From IMG/VR virus record IMGVR_UViG_3300037264_003623, positions 32,001-96,000 of that record: a stretch of DNA of 64,000 nt. One strand, given 5' to 3'. A model generated the notes under the pieces. It saw nothing but the letters and a program-made list of their open reading frames with translations. It was not told where the DNA came from and made no database searches. This stretch comes from a virus. Both the position numbers and the translations under genes were made by a program. Below, one piece after another: positions 48,323-58,179 of this stretch; the first letter of the stretch is position 1, and each line of letters opens with the position of its first letter.

Positions 48323-48934
48323 GTGAGGACGGACATGTACGCGAATCGAATCGATTTGACCGAGGACGAGATCCTGCTCCTCGACGGGAGGAGTCGGGCG
48401 GAGGTCCAGTCCGAGGTAGATAGGATCAAGTCCTTCCGGGCCAAGGTCGCGGGGGGGATGAGCATCTACATGGCCCGGATCATCTCTGACGCTGAGACGA
48501 CGGGTATCCTGGACTTCAAGAACTCATCAGGAGGGAAATGCGCCCGGTGCGGGGAGCCGGGGTCGTCTGATGCCGTGTACCTTCGGGGGCCGAATAGGGG
48601 CCAGAGGAAGAAGCGCAACCCCACCATCTATCACACGACCTCTTATGTGGGGAGTCAGAGCTTCTGTATGGGGTGCTGGCCGACCGTCATGAAGGAGCTC
48701 AGGGAGATGGACCACGCCCCGCTTTACGAGATCAAGATACAGGGGATCGTCAACAAGGTGATCCTCGATTTGGAGATGAAGTGCTACGGTTGCGAGCTGG
48801 TGTATTGGAAGACAGAGACGAAGGCCGGGTGGGATTGCCCTAGCTGCGGGAGGAGTATGAGACCGTTCAATGGGTCAGGCAAGAGGATCATCGAGATCGC
48901 CGCGCTGAACGCGGCTAATATACTGATGAGGTGA
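48323..48934 (+). CDS. zinc-finger hypothetical protein
   Basis: Four CxxC; ends AANILMR. Confidence 0.6.
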   Translation: MRTDMYANRIDLTEDEILLLDGRSRAEVQSEVDRIKSFRAKVAGGMSIYMARIISDAETTGILDFKNSSGGKCARCGEPGSSDAVYLRGPNRGQRKKRNPTIYHTTSYVGSQSFCMGCWPTVMKELREMDHAPLYEIKIQGIVNKVILDLEMKCYGCELVYWKTETKAGWDCPSCGRSMRPFNGSGKRIIEIAALNAANILMR

Positions 48935-49421
48935 CCGGTGGACCCGAGACACGATCCGAGGCGGATTCGGGAGGCCAGGCAGGCTGTCAGGGATGCCCGT
49001 GAGGAGATCAGGGCCGCCGCGGGGCGGCAGAGGAACGGCTCCATCCTGGCCCTGGTCGAGGGCTTCCTCTGCGCGTCGGTCCTGGCGGGGGTATCGGACG
49101 CCGACCTCCCCCTTCTCGGGCTCATCAAGGACTACTTGATCAAGGGCCTCCAGGTGTCCCGGAATCTCAGGGAGTTCATCGATGTGCTGCTGGACGGGGG
49201 GAGCGTCCAGGAAGGGGAGGAGCGCGAGATCATCCTCGACATGCTCAAGGGGGCGGTGGGCCTGCTGTCAGGGGCGAGGAAGGAGTCCGTCTACGGGCTG
49301 CTCAGGATGAGAGAGAAGTTCCTGTGTCTTCGCGGCGAGGAGTGGGATCGGGTCATTATTCTTCTGGATGAGGCGCTCGGTAGGGGCGTGTTCGCTTTCC
49401 GGTGCTGACAGGAGGTGGTCC

Positions 49422-50558
49422 GTGGTAAAGGTTGATGAGCGGGTGAATCCGGTCTCACTTTTTTGCACGGAGGGGAACTCCAACAAGCAGTACACGGTGT
49501 GGATGGAGAAGTCCGGGTCCGGCTGGCTCGTGAACTTCCAGTTCGGGCCCGTGGGCGGATGGGTTCAGGGCGGCACCAAGACGCCGTCTCCGGTGTCCCG
49601 CGCCCAGGCGGAGAAGGTCTTCGAGGGCCTCCTCAAGCAGAAGCGGGCGAAGGGCTACTCCGAGGGCGAGGATGCCCCGGCTTTCTCGCATCCGGCCGTC
49701 AAAGCCGTGGCTGCATCGGTCCCCAATGTCTCCGCGAAGGCGGAGGAGGACTCCGGCCTGCGACCCATGCTCCTGACCTGGGCCGAGGAAAGCGACCTGG
49801 AGTGGCTTATCGGGGACGACGGGTGGGGTGCCCAGGAGAAGATCAACGGCAATCGCATCCAGATCAAGGTGATGCCGGACGGAGTGGTCGGGTCGAACAA
49901 GCGGGGTCTGCCCTGCCCGATCCCGGAGGCCGTGGCCCGCGAGATGTCCGGGCTGCTCGGAGAGTTCGACGGGGAGATGGTCGGGGACGTCTACAACGAC
50001 TTCGACATGACGATGAACTCGATCTCGGCCGACTTCAAGCGCGAGCGGTGTGACTACCGGCACGAGCGGCTCGCGTCGCGGCTGGCGAACAGGCCGATGG
50101 CCCATGTGAGGCTCGTCCCGCTCGTGGTGGGAGCGGGGCAGAAGAGGGCGCTGGTCGAGAGCCTGCGGGCGAACAGGAAGGAAGGGGTGGTCTTCAAGCG
50201 GCTGGACGCGCCCTACGAGGCCGGGAGGCGTCCGAGCTTGGGGAAAGCGATCGCCGTGAAGGTCAAGTTCTACGCCGAGATCGCGGTTGAGGTCCTGCGC
50301 TGGAACAAGGACAAGTCCTCCGTCGAGGTCGCGGCCTTGGACTCCGGGCGGCTCGTTTCGGTGGGGAAGGTCACGATCCACAACAAGTACGTCAGCCAGG
50401 TGGTGCCGGGGGTGGTGGTCCGGGTGAAGTACCTGTACGCGACCGAGGCCGCGCAACTGTACCAGGCGAACCTGGACCCGACCGACGATGGGTCGGTGGT
50501 CGCTGACCAGGTGGCAGCGGACCCGATCGGGCGGCTGAAGTTCGAGAACAAGGATTAA
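49422..50558 (+). CDS. WGR domain fused to an ATP-dependent ligase-like nucleotidyltransferase
   Basis: GNSNKQY..FGPVG..K.AKGY; ligase motifs EKINGNR, FDGE, EGVVFK, KVK. Confidence 0.85.
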   Translation: MVKVDERVNPVSLFCTEGNSNKQYTVWMEKSGSGWLVNFQFGPVGGWVQGGTKTPSPVSRAQAEKVFEGLLKQKRAKGYSEGEDAPAFSHPAVKAVAASVPNVSAKAEEDSGLRPMLLTWAEESDLEWLIGDDGWGAQEKINGNRIQIKVMPDGVVGSNKRGLPCPIPEAVAREMSGLLGEFDGEMVGDVYNDFDMTMNSISADFKRERCDYRHERLASRLANRPMAHVRLVPLVVGAGQKRALVESLRANRKEGVVFKRLDAPYEAGRRPSLGKAIAVKVKFYAEIAVEVLRWNKDKSSVEVAALDSGRLVSVGKVTIHNKYVSQVVPGVVVRVKYLYATEAAQLYQANLDPTDDGSVVADQVAADPIGRLKFENKD

Positions 50559-50783
50559 GAAGGGGGGGTAACATGGGGGCGTGGAAGAGGTGTCCGTACT
50601 GCGGGGGGAGGATCAGGATCCTCATGGTCATGGGGAGCAGGGAGGAACGCTGTGCCGCCGTGCTGCGGGACGAGGTCGATCCGAGCCGGGAGGCGTGGGA
50701 GTGCCTCAACCCGGCCTGCAAGCAGATCATGATCGTCAAGAAAGGCGCGATTCTGGCGCACCAGGGGAAGTAGGAGGATTTCC

Positions 50784-51341
50784 ATGCCCGACTTCGGCTT
50801 CAGGGTCGAGGAGAAGGACCTCGACTCTCTTGCCCCTTTGGACGGGAACCCGAGGACGATCATCGATGAGTCTCTCGACGGTCTGGAGAGGTGCATCCTC
50901 AAGTATGGGTTGGTCCAGCCGATCGTGTGGAACGAGAGGACGGGCCACATCGTCGGAGGCCACCAGCGGCTGAAGGTGCTGCGTAGGAACGGGGCGGCCA
51001 GGACGCAGGTCGTCGTGGTGGACCTACCGATCGATGATGAGAGGTCCCTCGCCGTCGCCCTGAACAACGAGAAGCTTCAGGGCCGGTGGACGGACGGCCT
51101 CTCCGCTTTCCTGGCAAGCATCGGGGATGGGAAGGCCATCGAGGGCCTGATGACGGACGAGCTGGTCGAGTCCCTGGGTGGGCACGACGAGGGCGTGGTT
51201 CGCCCCGTGAACGTGTCCAGGCCCCCTCGCATGGTGTGGACGGTCGTCGCCGTGCCTGAGGACAAGGCCGGGGAGGCTACCCCCTACATCGATAGGTTGT
51301 CGAGGATCGAGGGGGCCTTCGTCGAATCGGTGAAGAGATGA
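50784..51341 (+). CDS. ParB/Srx-like N-terminal domain protein
   Basis: NPR, GLVQPIVWNERTGHIVGGHQRLKVL. Confidence 0.85.
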   Translation: MPDFGFRVEEKDLDSLAPLDGNPRTIIDESLDGLERCILKYGLVQPIVWNERTGHIVGGHQRLKVLRRNGAARTQVVVVDLPIDDERSLAVALNNEKLQGRWTDGLSAFLASIGDGKAIEGLMTDELVESLGGHDEGVVRPVNVSRPPRMVWTVVAVPEDKAGEATPYIDRLSRIEGAFVESVKR

Positions 51342-51964
51342 GCCAGGTCGAGGCATTCGTTCTCCTTCGGAAGCACTTCATCGACCGGCACCACCAGGAC
51401 GGCGATGTGCGGGTACTCGATTGCGCCGGGAACGGGGCGGTGTGGGATCGCCTGGCGTGCGGGCGCGTGATATACCTGGGGTACGACGCGGGGAAGGCCG
51501 CCGCGGAGGGGCTCGCGCTCGACTTCGGGAAGGTGGACGCCGACATCGTTGACATCGGGGGAGGGAACCCGTGGGGGATGTACGCCGACGTTTTGGATGG
51601 CTTCGCGGGCAGGAGTCTCACCGTCTTCCTCCTCATCCCGGACACCACGCTGAGGGTCAAGGACGGGCTGCCCAAGTACGTGTGGGAGCGAACCGGGATA
51701 CCGATTGACTGGAGCCGATGGGAGGGCCCGGGCTTCGACTCCCTTGTTATGAGGGCCGGGCTGTCCTACGCTCTTGACAAGGGGTTCGAGATTGAGGACG
51801 CCCAAGCGGTTCAATTCGTAGGCAAGCCGTTCCCTTGGCGTTACAATCATGTCGGGATAAGACTTCGTTCAATGGGTGAGGATGGACGAGAAGGAATCAG
51901 TCCTGCTGGAGTTCAAGGCCCGGGAGGAGCTTCGGGCGGAGAACCTCCATCCTCTCATCCGTGA
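51338..51964 (+). CDS. hypothetical protein, possible methyltransferase fold
   Basis: VRVLDCAGNG..DIVDI; next to the ParB-like gene. Confidence 0.45.
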   Translation: MSQVEAFVLLRKHFIDRHHQDGDVRVLDCAGNGAVWDRLACGRVIYLGYDAGKAAAEGLALDFGKVDADIVDIGGGNPWGMYADVLDGFAGRSLTVFLLIPDTTLRVKDGLPKYVWERTGIPIDWSRWEGPGFDSLVMRAGLSYALDKGFEIEDAQAVQFVGKPFPWRYNHVGIRLRSMGEDGREGISPAGVQGPGGASGGEPPSSHP

Positions 51965-52307
51965 CCCCATCCTGCGGAACCTCGTCACCGCCTGGGCCAT
52001 GTACCCCGTGAGGTTTGGGGACCCGGAGGGGGCCAAGCCCGCCGACGAGAAGGGTCAGTGGCAGTGGCTCTGGTCGAACGTCGAGTTCGACTCCGAGGAG
52101 CTCGCCGACATCCTCCGGCTCGACTCCCTGAAGATAGGGAAGATCGTGAAGCGGGCTGCCGCCTTCCGGTTGATCTATCCGGATGGGTCATCCTCCGGGC
52201 TTGCCCTCCAGTTCGTCAGGAGAGAGATCGAGAAGGCGGTCGCCAAGAAGCCGGGGCGTCCGAAGAAGGAGGACAAGGAGGACAAGTCAGAGGGGAAGGA
52301 GAAGTAG
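51882..52307 (+). CDS. hypothetical protein
   Basis: GC3-biased ORF. Confidence 0.6.
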   Translation: MDEKESVLLEFKAREELRAENLHPLIRDPILRNLVTAWAMYPVRFGDPEGAKPADEKGQWQWLWSNVEFDSEELADILRLDSLKIGKIVKRAAAFRLIYPDGSSSGLALQFVRREIEKAVAKKPGRPKKEDKEDKSEGKEK

Positions 52308-52308
52308 G

Positions 52309-52812
52309 ATGTACGCGACCAAGCCATCGACGCAGGAGACCTACGAGCGCAGGATCAAGGTCTTCCGCATGAAGATGCGGGGCCTGAGCCACACGTCGAT
52401 CGCCAAGGAGCTGAGTGTCACTCGGAACGCGATCATCAGGGACGCGAAGTGGATCCAGGAGCACTTCACCCAGCTCGCGGCGGATGCCGATCGAAACTCC
52501 GAGATGGGCATGGCGATGGCGAAGCTGGAGGAGATCGAGAAGGAGGCCATGTTCAACTATTCCGAGACGGAGAACCCGAAGGCCAAGAACGACTTCCTCC
52601 TGACCGCCATCACCGCCTGCGAGAAGCGGATCAAGCTGATGATGGACGCCGGGATCATCTCGAAGGCCCCTGTGGACCTGAACCTCACGATGGACTTCTC
52701 GAAGATGTCCACCGAGGAGTTGGTCCAGCGCAGGCGCGAGGTCGTGAACCGTCTCGCCACGTTCGGTGTGGCGGCGGCTATGGGGGCTGATGGTGAGCAA
52801 GCCCAAAACTAA
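52309..52812 (+). CDS. putative terminase small subunit
   Basis: HTH (GLSHTSIAKELSVTRNAIIRD) plus helices, directly upstream of TerL. Confidence 0.65.
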   Translation: MYATKPSTQETYERRIKVFRMKMRGLSHTSIAKELSVTRNAIIRDAKWIQEHFTQLAADADRNSEMGMAMAKLEEIEKEAMFNYSETENPKAKNDFLLTAITACEKRIKLMMDAGIISKAPVDLNLTMDFSKMSTEELVQRRREVVNRLATFGVAAAMGADGEQAQN

Positions 52813-55800
52813 GGTCCCGAAGCCGGACATGGCGGCGCTCCGGAACGACCTGACCTACCTCGCCCGCCTCGACGGCGAGATCTCGGGGCGGATCAAGTCT
52901 CAGGACCCGAGGACGTATGGCCTTCCTGACCTCCTCCGACCCAAGGAGGACGGTGAGACGGAGGAGCAGCTTGTCGATCGGCAGAACCGGGAGATCAAGG
53001 ACCTGATCGAGAAGCAGCTCTGGGTCCTGAAGGACGCGAGAAGGCTCGCGATCAAGCTCTCGCCCCCGATGGTCGACTTCATCGCCACGATGTTCTACCG
53101 GCGGGCGAACCTCGCGATCCTGTGGAAGGGGCGCGGCTCCGGCGGGACCCTGTGCGCGGCCATCCTCGTCTGGCTCTGCCTCGTCTACCACCGGATGTCG
53201 TTCACCAGCATGGCCGGGTGCCTCCTGCCGGGCACGCTCGTCTCCACAAGGAGGAGGGGGTGGGTGCCGGTGGAGGACGTGTCTGATGATGATGAGGTGG
53301 TGGGGCGGGACGGGGTGGTCCGCAGGGTAGTCTCGAAGACCTCGAAGGAGTGGGACGGTCCGATCACTAAGTTGGAGCCCCACGGTTTCGACGGGAACTT
53401 CTTCACCTCTGACCACCGAATCTGGGTCCTTCGTGATGCGGTCGAAGAGGATAAGCGCGGGCATCTTGTTGGGCAGGATATTCGGCGGTGGGACACCATG
53501 TCTCCGGAATGGGTCCCGTGCGGAGAGGTCACGAGGCGGGACGTGTTTGTCCTCCCGAGGCCGAAGCGGACGGGCGTCCTGCTGCCGTCCCTGATGGTGT
53601 CGACCGGCGTCGGGGGCAAGGGGGAGAAGGTGGAGGTGCCTTGGACGCCGGATCTCTGCCGATTCATCGGGTACTGGCTTGCCGAGGGTAGCGTCTATCG
53701 ACTCAAGGATGGGGGTCGATTTGTTCGGTTCGATGTGGGGAAGCGGGATCAGTGGCTTGATGACCTTCAGGATCTGATCGTGCGGTTGTTCGGCAGGAAG
53801 CCTTCCTACGATGAGCCGGGGGGGGATCTGACACTTGAGGCGAGGGTGCGGTTCGGGTCGAAGGATGTGGCCCAGTTCCTGGAGGACAACTTCGGGACCG
53901 GGGCGGTCGGAAAGCGCATCCCGTGGGAGATGGTGGTGGGTCTCGACGACGAGTGCGCGATGGCCCTACTCGCCGGTTTCCTTCGGGGAGATGGGGCCGT
54001 GGACATGACGAGCCGAGGGGGGCTCGACGTGTCTCTTTATACGGTCTCCCCTGCCCTCTCGTCCGGGATCTACTGGCTGTCTTTGCGCCTTGGCCTGGTC
54101 CCGTCGCTGGGGATCTCGAAGCCGAAGAATCGCAGCGGCTTTCACAAGGTTCACGACGGGTGGAGGATGCGGTACGGGTCCATCGACGCCGATCGTCTTC
54201 TGGAGGAGGCGTTCGGTTGGCGCTCTCAGAAGGAGAGGGTTTCGAGGCAGCGTAGGGTGTGGGTCTCCGAGGACCGGGTGTACGTCGGCGTGAGGGACGT
54301 GAAGCACTCGACCTATCAGGGCGAGGTGTGGGACCTTGAAGTCGAGGGGGACCCGTCGTTCTCCGTTCCGATGATGGAGGTTCACAACTCCACCGAGCAG
54401 GCTAAGCTGATCTACCAGTACACCAAGTCCTTCTGGGAGTGCTTCCCGGTCCTGTCGGAGTCGCTCCTTGAGGTGGACCCCCTCCAGACCGAGACCAGGC
54501 TGAAGAACGGGGTCATCCTCAAGATCATCAGCGCGTCGGAGAAGCAGACACGCGGCAAGCACAACCCCGGGTTCATCGTTGACGAGTCCTGCCAGTCGTC
54601 GCAGAACGTGGACTACCTGATCCAGGCCGCCATGCAGGGCTCGATGTCCGAGCCCAACCACATGGTGGTGGTGCTCTCGACCTTCCACTACCCGATTGGT
54701 CTGTTCCAGGAGCTGTGGGACTACGCCGAGGAGCGCGGGTTCAAGCGGTTCAACTGGGACTGCGTCCTGCCCGGAACGTGGATCATCACTGCCAGGGGCC
54801 TCATCAAGATCGAGGAGGTGGTGGCGGGGGATCTCGTCCTTGCCGAGAACGGCAGGTTCGAGACGGTGGAGAGGGCGTGGTCGTCGCAGGTCTCGGGCGG
54901 GGCTGTCCGAATCTTTCCGTATGGATGGACCGAGGGGATCGAGACTACACCAGACCATCGTTTCAAGGTTCGTAGGGATGGCCGGGACGATTGGGTCGAG
55001 GCGTCGAAGATCCGCGAGGGGGACGATCTTGTTTTCCCGCGTCCGCAGAGGGCGGGGGTTTCGGTCGATCATCTGGGGTCGCAGATCTCGCCGGACTTCG
55101 CCCGTTTTCTCGGGTACTGGTACGGGGACGGGTGGCTTGATGGGAACCGGGTCGGCATCTCGTTCGGAGATCCCGAGAAGTTCAAGGAGGACTACCTGTC
55201 GCTCGTGGGCGGGCTGTTCAAGGCCGACGTTCGTCTGAGGCATAGGGAGCCCAACGAGCAGGGCAGGTTCGACAATGGGCCGCTCGCTGACTGGATGAGG
55301 ACGGTTGGGTATCGGGGCGGGGAGAAGCATGTCCCGATCGAGATGGTCCTTGGGATGTCGGACGACGCGCTTCGGGAGTTCGTGACCGGGATGCTCAGGA
55401 CGGATGGGTGCGTGACGTTGGCGAACGGGGTGCCGGTCGTGAAGTTCACCCAGGTCTCCTCAAGCGTGACGTGCGCCGTGTTTCTTGCGTGCGCCAGGCT
55501 TGGGGTGTTCATGGCCGTGGACAGGAGGCGGCAGTCCACCTTTGTCATCGAGGGGAGGGAAGTATCGGGCCAGGACTGGTGGATGCTTCGGTCGGGGGGG
55601 AGGGACACGGATCGGCTCATGGGGTGGCTCGGGGAGTCTACGGATAGGGTTATGAGGAATGGGCAGCACTCCCTGGATGGGGACGTGTATCTTACGCGGG
55701 TGAGGAAGGTCGAGCGGAGAGAGTACGCCGGACTCGTATTCGATCTGGCGGTCAAGGACGTCCACTCGTTCTCGATGCCCTGGGCGGTGGCCCACAACTG

Positions 55801-58162
55801 TTACGACTCGATGTCCCCCTGCAACGAGGGGCTGCTGACCGCCACGGAAGGAGACCCGGACGCCCTGGAATTCTGTCGGACGCAGTGCCCGCTGACGGAG
55901 AAGCGGTCGAACCTCGACGCCGAAGGCAACCAGGATGGGTGGAAATACATCGGGTGCGGCGGGAAGGCACGGCACTCCGAGGGGTTCCAGACCAGGGCCA
56001 ACATGATCCTGGCGAAGAAGATGAACCGGGGGACGGACGTCTTCGAGAACGAGTACGAGAACAACCGGCCCAAGTGGATGCAGCCGATCTACAACCCCGA
56101 GCTCGTCGACCAGATTCTCGTGCCCGAGACGTGGCCGCTGCCATCGGCCTCGGACGCGGAGGCCCCTGACGTCGTGGCGGGTAGGGTCATGGGTGATAGC
56201 GGGTTCGAGATCGTCGAGAAGTCGGTGGGGATCGACTGGGGGTTGGAGGGGCAGACCGCTCTGGTCCTGGCGGCCCTGATTCGGTTCCATCGTTCGAGGC
56301 CGGTGGTGCCCTCCAAGGGTCTCCCGGATGGACCGCCGGTCGACTGGTGCATCGGGATCCTGGAATCCGAGTTCCTGTCGGGGAAGCTCACGTCCGAGGC
56401 CATTAAGGTCCTCATGATGTGGCAGGAGATGTACGGGGAGAACAACTTCTTCGTCTACGGCGACGCGAGCCACCCATTCAACAACCTGGAGGTCGAGCAG
56501 GCCGGGTTCAACACCAACAACGTGCAGTTCGCCAAGTGGAAGGACTATGGGGTGGGGAACTGCATCAAGTATCTCGTGACGCCGGGCAAGCTGTTCATCA
56601 GGGAGAACCTGCACACCCTCCTGGATCAGATGAAGCGGTACAGGAGGGACAAGTTCGGGAGGCCGATTAAGAAGGACGACCACGGTCCTGACGCATGGAT
56701 GTCCTATCTCGATGCCAAGACGAGAGTTATAACACGTTCGGGATGGACCCCGGTGGGAAGGCTGGGTGTGGGGGTTGAAGTTCTGACGCATGCCGGAAGG
56801 TTTCGTCCGATCGTCAGGTATGAGCCCGCCCGCTACACGAGAGGGAGTCTTGTGGAGGTGAACTTTGCGGGTCAGACGCATCCGGTCGATGCCCATCGAG
56901 TGACTCTTGAACATCCGTTCCAGCTTGATGATGGTTCATGGGTTGAGGCTGAGAACCTGAAGTCGGGGATGAGGGTCCGGTGTCTGGCCTCTCGATGTGC
57001 TAGGTGCGGGATGAAGATCCCCTGGTCGCGCAAGTTTTGTGACGGGTGCGTAGGGAAGGGACGTAACGTGAGATGGAAAAATCCTGGGGAGCGCGAGCGG
57101 GTAGAGGCCGAAAAGAAGGCGGAGGCTCTCCGATCCGAATACGCGACGGGAGCGCGAGACGCGGCCACGAACGCAAGGGCTGCGACAGCGGCTCGGGCCG
57201 ACATGATCCGGTCGAACCCTGGGGAGAGAGAGAAGGTCCGAGAACATCTGAGAGCGATTCTTCCGCTGGTGAATACGCCCGAGAAGAGGGTACGGCAGTC
57301 ACATCTGATGAAGATGCTTCACGCCAGGGAGGGATTCTTTGATCATCTTCGTACCCTTGAAGGGAGGGAGAATGCCCGTCAGCGGGTCATCGCACGGATG
57401 CTTGCTGATCGTCAGATTCCCTTCAACTGCCGTTTGAGGCACTTCACCGACATCGAGCGGGAGATGTTCGACTCGTTCGTGAGGGCGGGATTCGAGCCGG
57501 TTCATAATCTTCGGGTTGGACGATGGTTTCTTGACGTTGCTCTCCCGGAGTTGAAGGTCGCGGTGGAGTGCGACGGGGGAAACTGGCACAACTCGAAGCA
57601 GGCTCGGGAGAGGGACGCCAAGAAGGACGCCTACTTGAGGGGACACGGATGGGAGGTGTTCCGGTTTTCAGGGAAACGGATCAAGGACGACGTGGACGGG
57701 TGCCGGGACGATGTTCTGCGGGTTGCGGCCAACCACGAGGGTCTCTACGAGTTCACTTCGATCGAGGTCGTCTCGGTGAAGATCGTCGAGATGAAACGGC
57801 CACGGACGGCGTACCACTTTGAGGTGGAGGAGGACCGGAGCTACGTGGCCCGTGGGATCGTCTCCCATAACTGCTCGATGCTCCACTACCGGTTCGAGGA
57901 GAGGTTCCACGAGGTGTACGACATCGAGGCGGCCCCGCCGAAGGCCGCTTCCAGCGCGATGCCCATCCCCGCCCCCGTGGCGGGGGCGTTCGGGGTTGCC
58001 CCAGTCACCTGTTCGCCCGACTTCGGGGGGGATTCCTTCTCCCAGCCGGTCCTGTTCGGCGGCGTCCAGGCCCCTGCGATGGATCGTCCGGCTGGTTCTC
58101 CTATTGACACAAGGGGCAAATCACGGAAGACTGGTGGTAACGGTTCCGTGGTCGTCATCTGA
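52790..58162 (+). CDS. terL: terminase large subunit with three inteins (about 664 aa after splicing)
   Basis: KGRGSGGT, STEQA, FIVDE, VLST; nuclease GIDWG, DAS, KDDHGPDA. Confidence 0.88.
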   Translation: MVSKPKTKVPKPDMAALRNDLTYLARLDGEISGRIKSQDPRTYGLPDLLRPKEDGETEEQLVDRQNREIKDLIEKQLWVLKDARRLAIKLSPPMVDFIATMFYRRANLAILWKGRGSGGTLCAAILVWLCLVYHRMSFTSMAGCLLPGTLVSTRRRGWVPVEDVSDDDEVVGRDGVVRRVVSKTSKEWDGPITKLEPHGFDGNFFTSDHRIWVLRDAVEEDKRGHLVGQDIRRWDTMSPEWVPCGEVTRRDVFVLPRPKRTGVLLPSLMVSTGVGGKGEKVEVPWTPDLCRFIGYWLAEGSVYRLKDGGRFVRFDVGKRDQWLDDLQDLIVRLFGRKPSYDEPGGDLTLEARVRFGSKDVAQFLEDNFGTGAVGKRIPWEMVVGLDDECAMALLAGFLRGDGAVDMTSRGGLDVSLYTVSPALSSGIYWLSLRLGLVPSLGISKPKNRSGFHKVHDGWRMRYGSIDADRLLEEAFGWRSQKERVSRQRRVWVSEDRVYVGVRDVKHSTYQGEVWDLEVEGDPSFSVPMMEVHNSTEQAKLIYQYTKSFWECFPVLSESLLEVDPLQTETRLKNGVILKIISASEKQTRGKHNPGFIVDESCQSSQNVDYLIQAAMQGSMSEPNHMVVVLSTFHYPIGLFQELWDYAEERGFKRFNWDCVLPGTWIITARGLIKIEEVVAGDLVLAENGRFETVERAWSSQVSGGAVRIFPYGWTEGIETTPDHRFKVRRDGRDDWVEASKIREGDDLVFPRPQRAGVSVDHLGSQISPDFARFLGYWYGDGWLDGNRVGISFGDPEKFKEDYLSLVGGLFKADVRLRHREPNEQGRFDNGPLADWMRTVGYRGGEKHVPIEMVLGMSDDALREFVTGMLRTDGCVTLANGVPVVKFTQVSSSVTCAVFLACARLGVFMAVDRRRQSTFVIEGREVSGQDWWMLRSGGRDTDRLMGWLGESTDRVMRNGQHSLDGDVYLTRVRKVERREYAGLVFDLAVKDVHSFSMPWAVAHNCYDSMSPCNEGLLTATEGDPDALEFCRTQCPLTEKRSNLDAEGNQDGWKYIGCGGKARHSEGFQTRANMILAKKMNRGTDVFENEYENNRPKWMQPIYNPELVDQILVPETWPLPSASDAEAPDVVAGRVMGDSGFEIVEKSVGIDWGLEGQTALVLAALIRFHRSRPVVPSKGLPDGPPVDWCIGILESEFLSGKLTSEAIKVLMMWQEMYGENNFFVYGDASHPFNNLEVEQAGFNTNNVQFAKWKDYGVGNCIKYLVTPGKLFIRENLHTLLDQMKRYRRDKFGRPIKKDDHGPDAWMSYLDAKTRVITRSGWTPVGRLGVGVEVLTHAGRFRPIVRYEPARYTRGSLVEVNFAGQTHPVDAHRVTLEHPFQLDDGSWVEAENLKSGMRVRCLASRCARCGMKIPWSRKFCDGCVGKGRNVRWKNPGERERVEAEKKAEALRSEYATGARDAATNARAATAARADMIRSNPGEREKVREHLRAILPLVNTPEKRVRQSHLMKMLHAREGFFDHLRTLEGRENARQRVIARMLADRQIPFNCRLRHFTDIEREMFDSFVRAGFEPVHNLRVGRWFLDVALPELKVAVECDGGNWHNSKQARERDAKKDAYLRGHGWEVFRFSGKRIKDDVDGCRDDVLRVAANHEGLYEFTSIEVVSVKIVEMKRPRTAYHFEVEEDRSYVARGIVSHNCSMLHYRFEERFHEVYDIEAAPPKAASSAMPIPAPVAGAFGVAPVTCSPDFGGDSFSQPVLFGGVQAPAMDRPAGSPIDTRGKSRKTGGNGSVVVI
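53219..54388 (+). mobile_element. intein 1, LAGLIDADG (390 aa)
   Basis: G|CLLPGT..TSDH..GYWLAEG..LAGFLRGDG..VHN|S. Confidence 0.92.
54761..55798 (+). mobile_element. intein 2, LAGLIDADG (346 aa)
   Basis: D|CVLPGT..TPDH..LGYWYGDG..GMLRTDG..AHN|C. Confidence 0.92.
56702..57871 (+). mobile_element. intein 3, Ser1, Vsr/DUF559-like endonuclease (390 aa)
   Basis: M|SYLDAKT..TLEH..LDVA..VECDGGNWH..RD..KD..L...GW..SHN|C. Confidence 0.88.
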
Positions 58163-58179
58163 TCCGAAGGAGAACAGCG

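Noticed and set aside
56702-56710. Intein 3 as inactive (Tyr at position 1) or class 3
   Set aside because: Placing the junction at M|S gives a Ser1 nucleophile and a sensible spliced DAWMCSM; block F has no Cys
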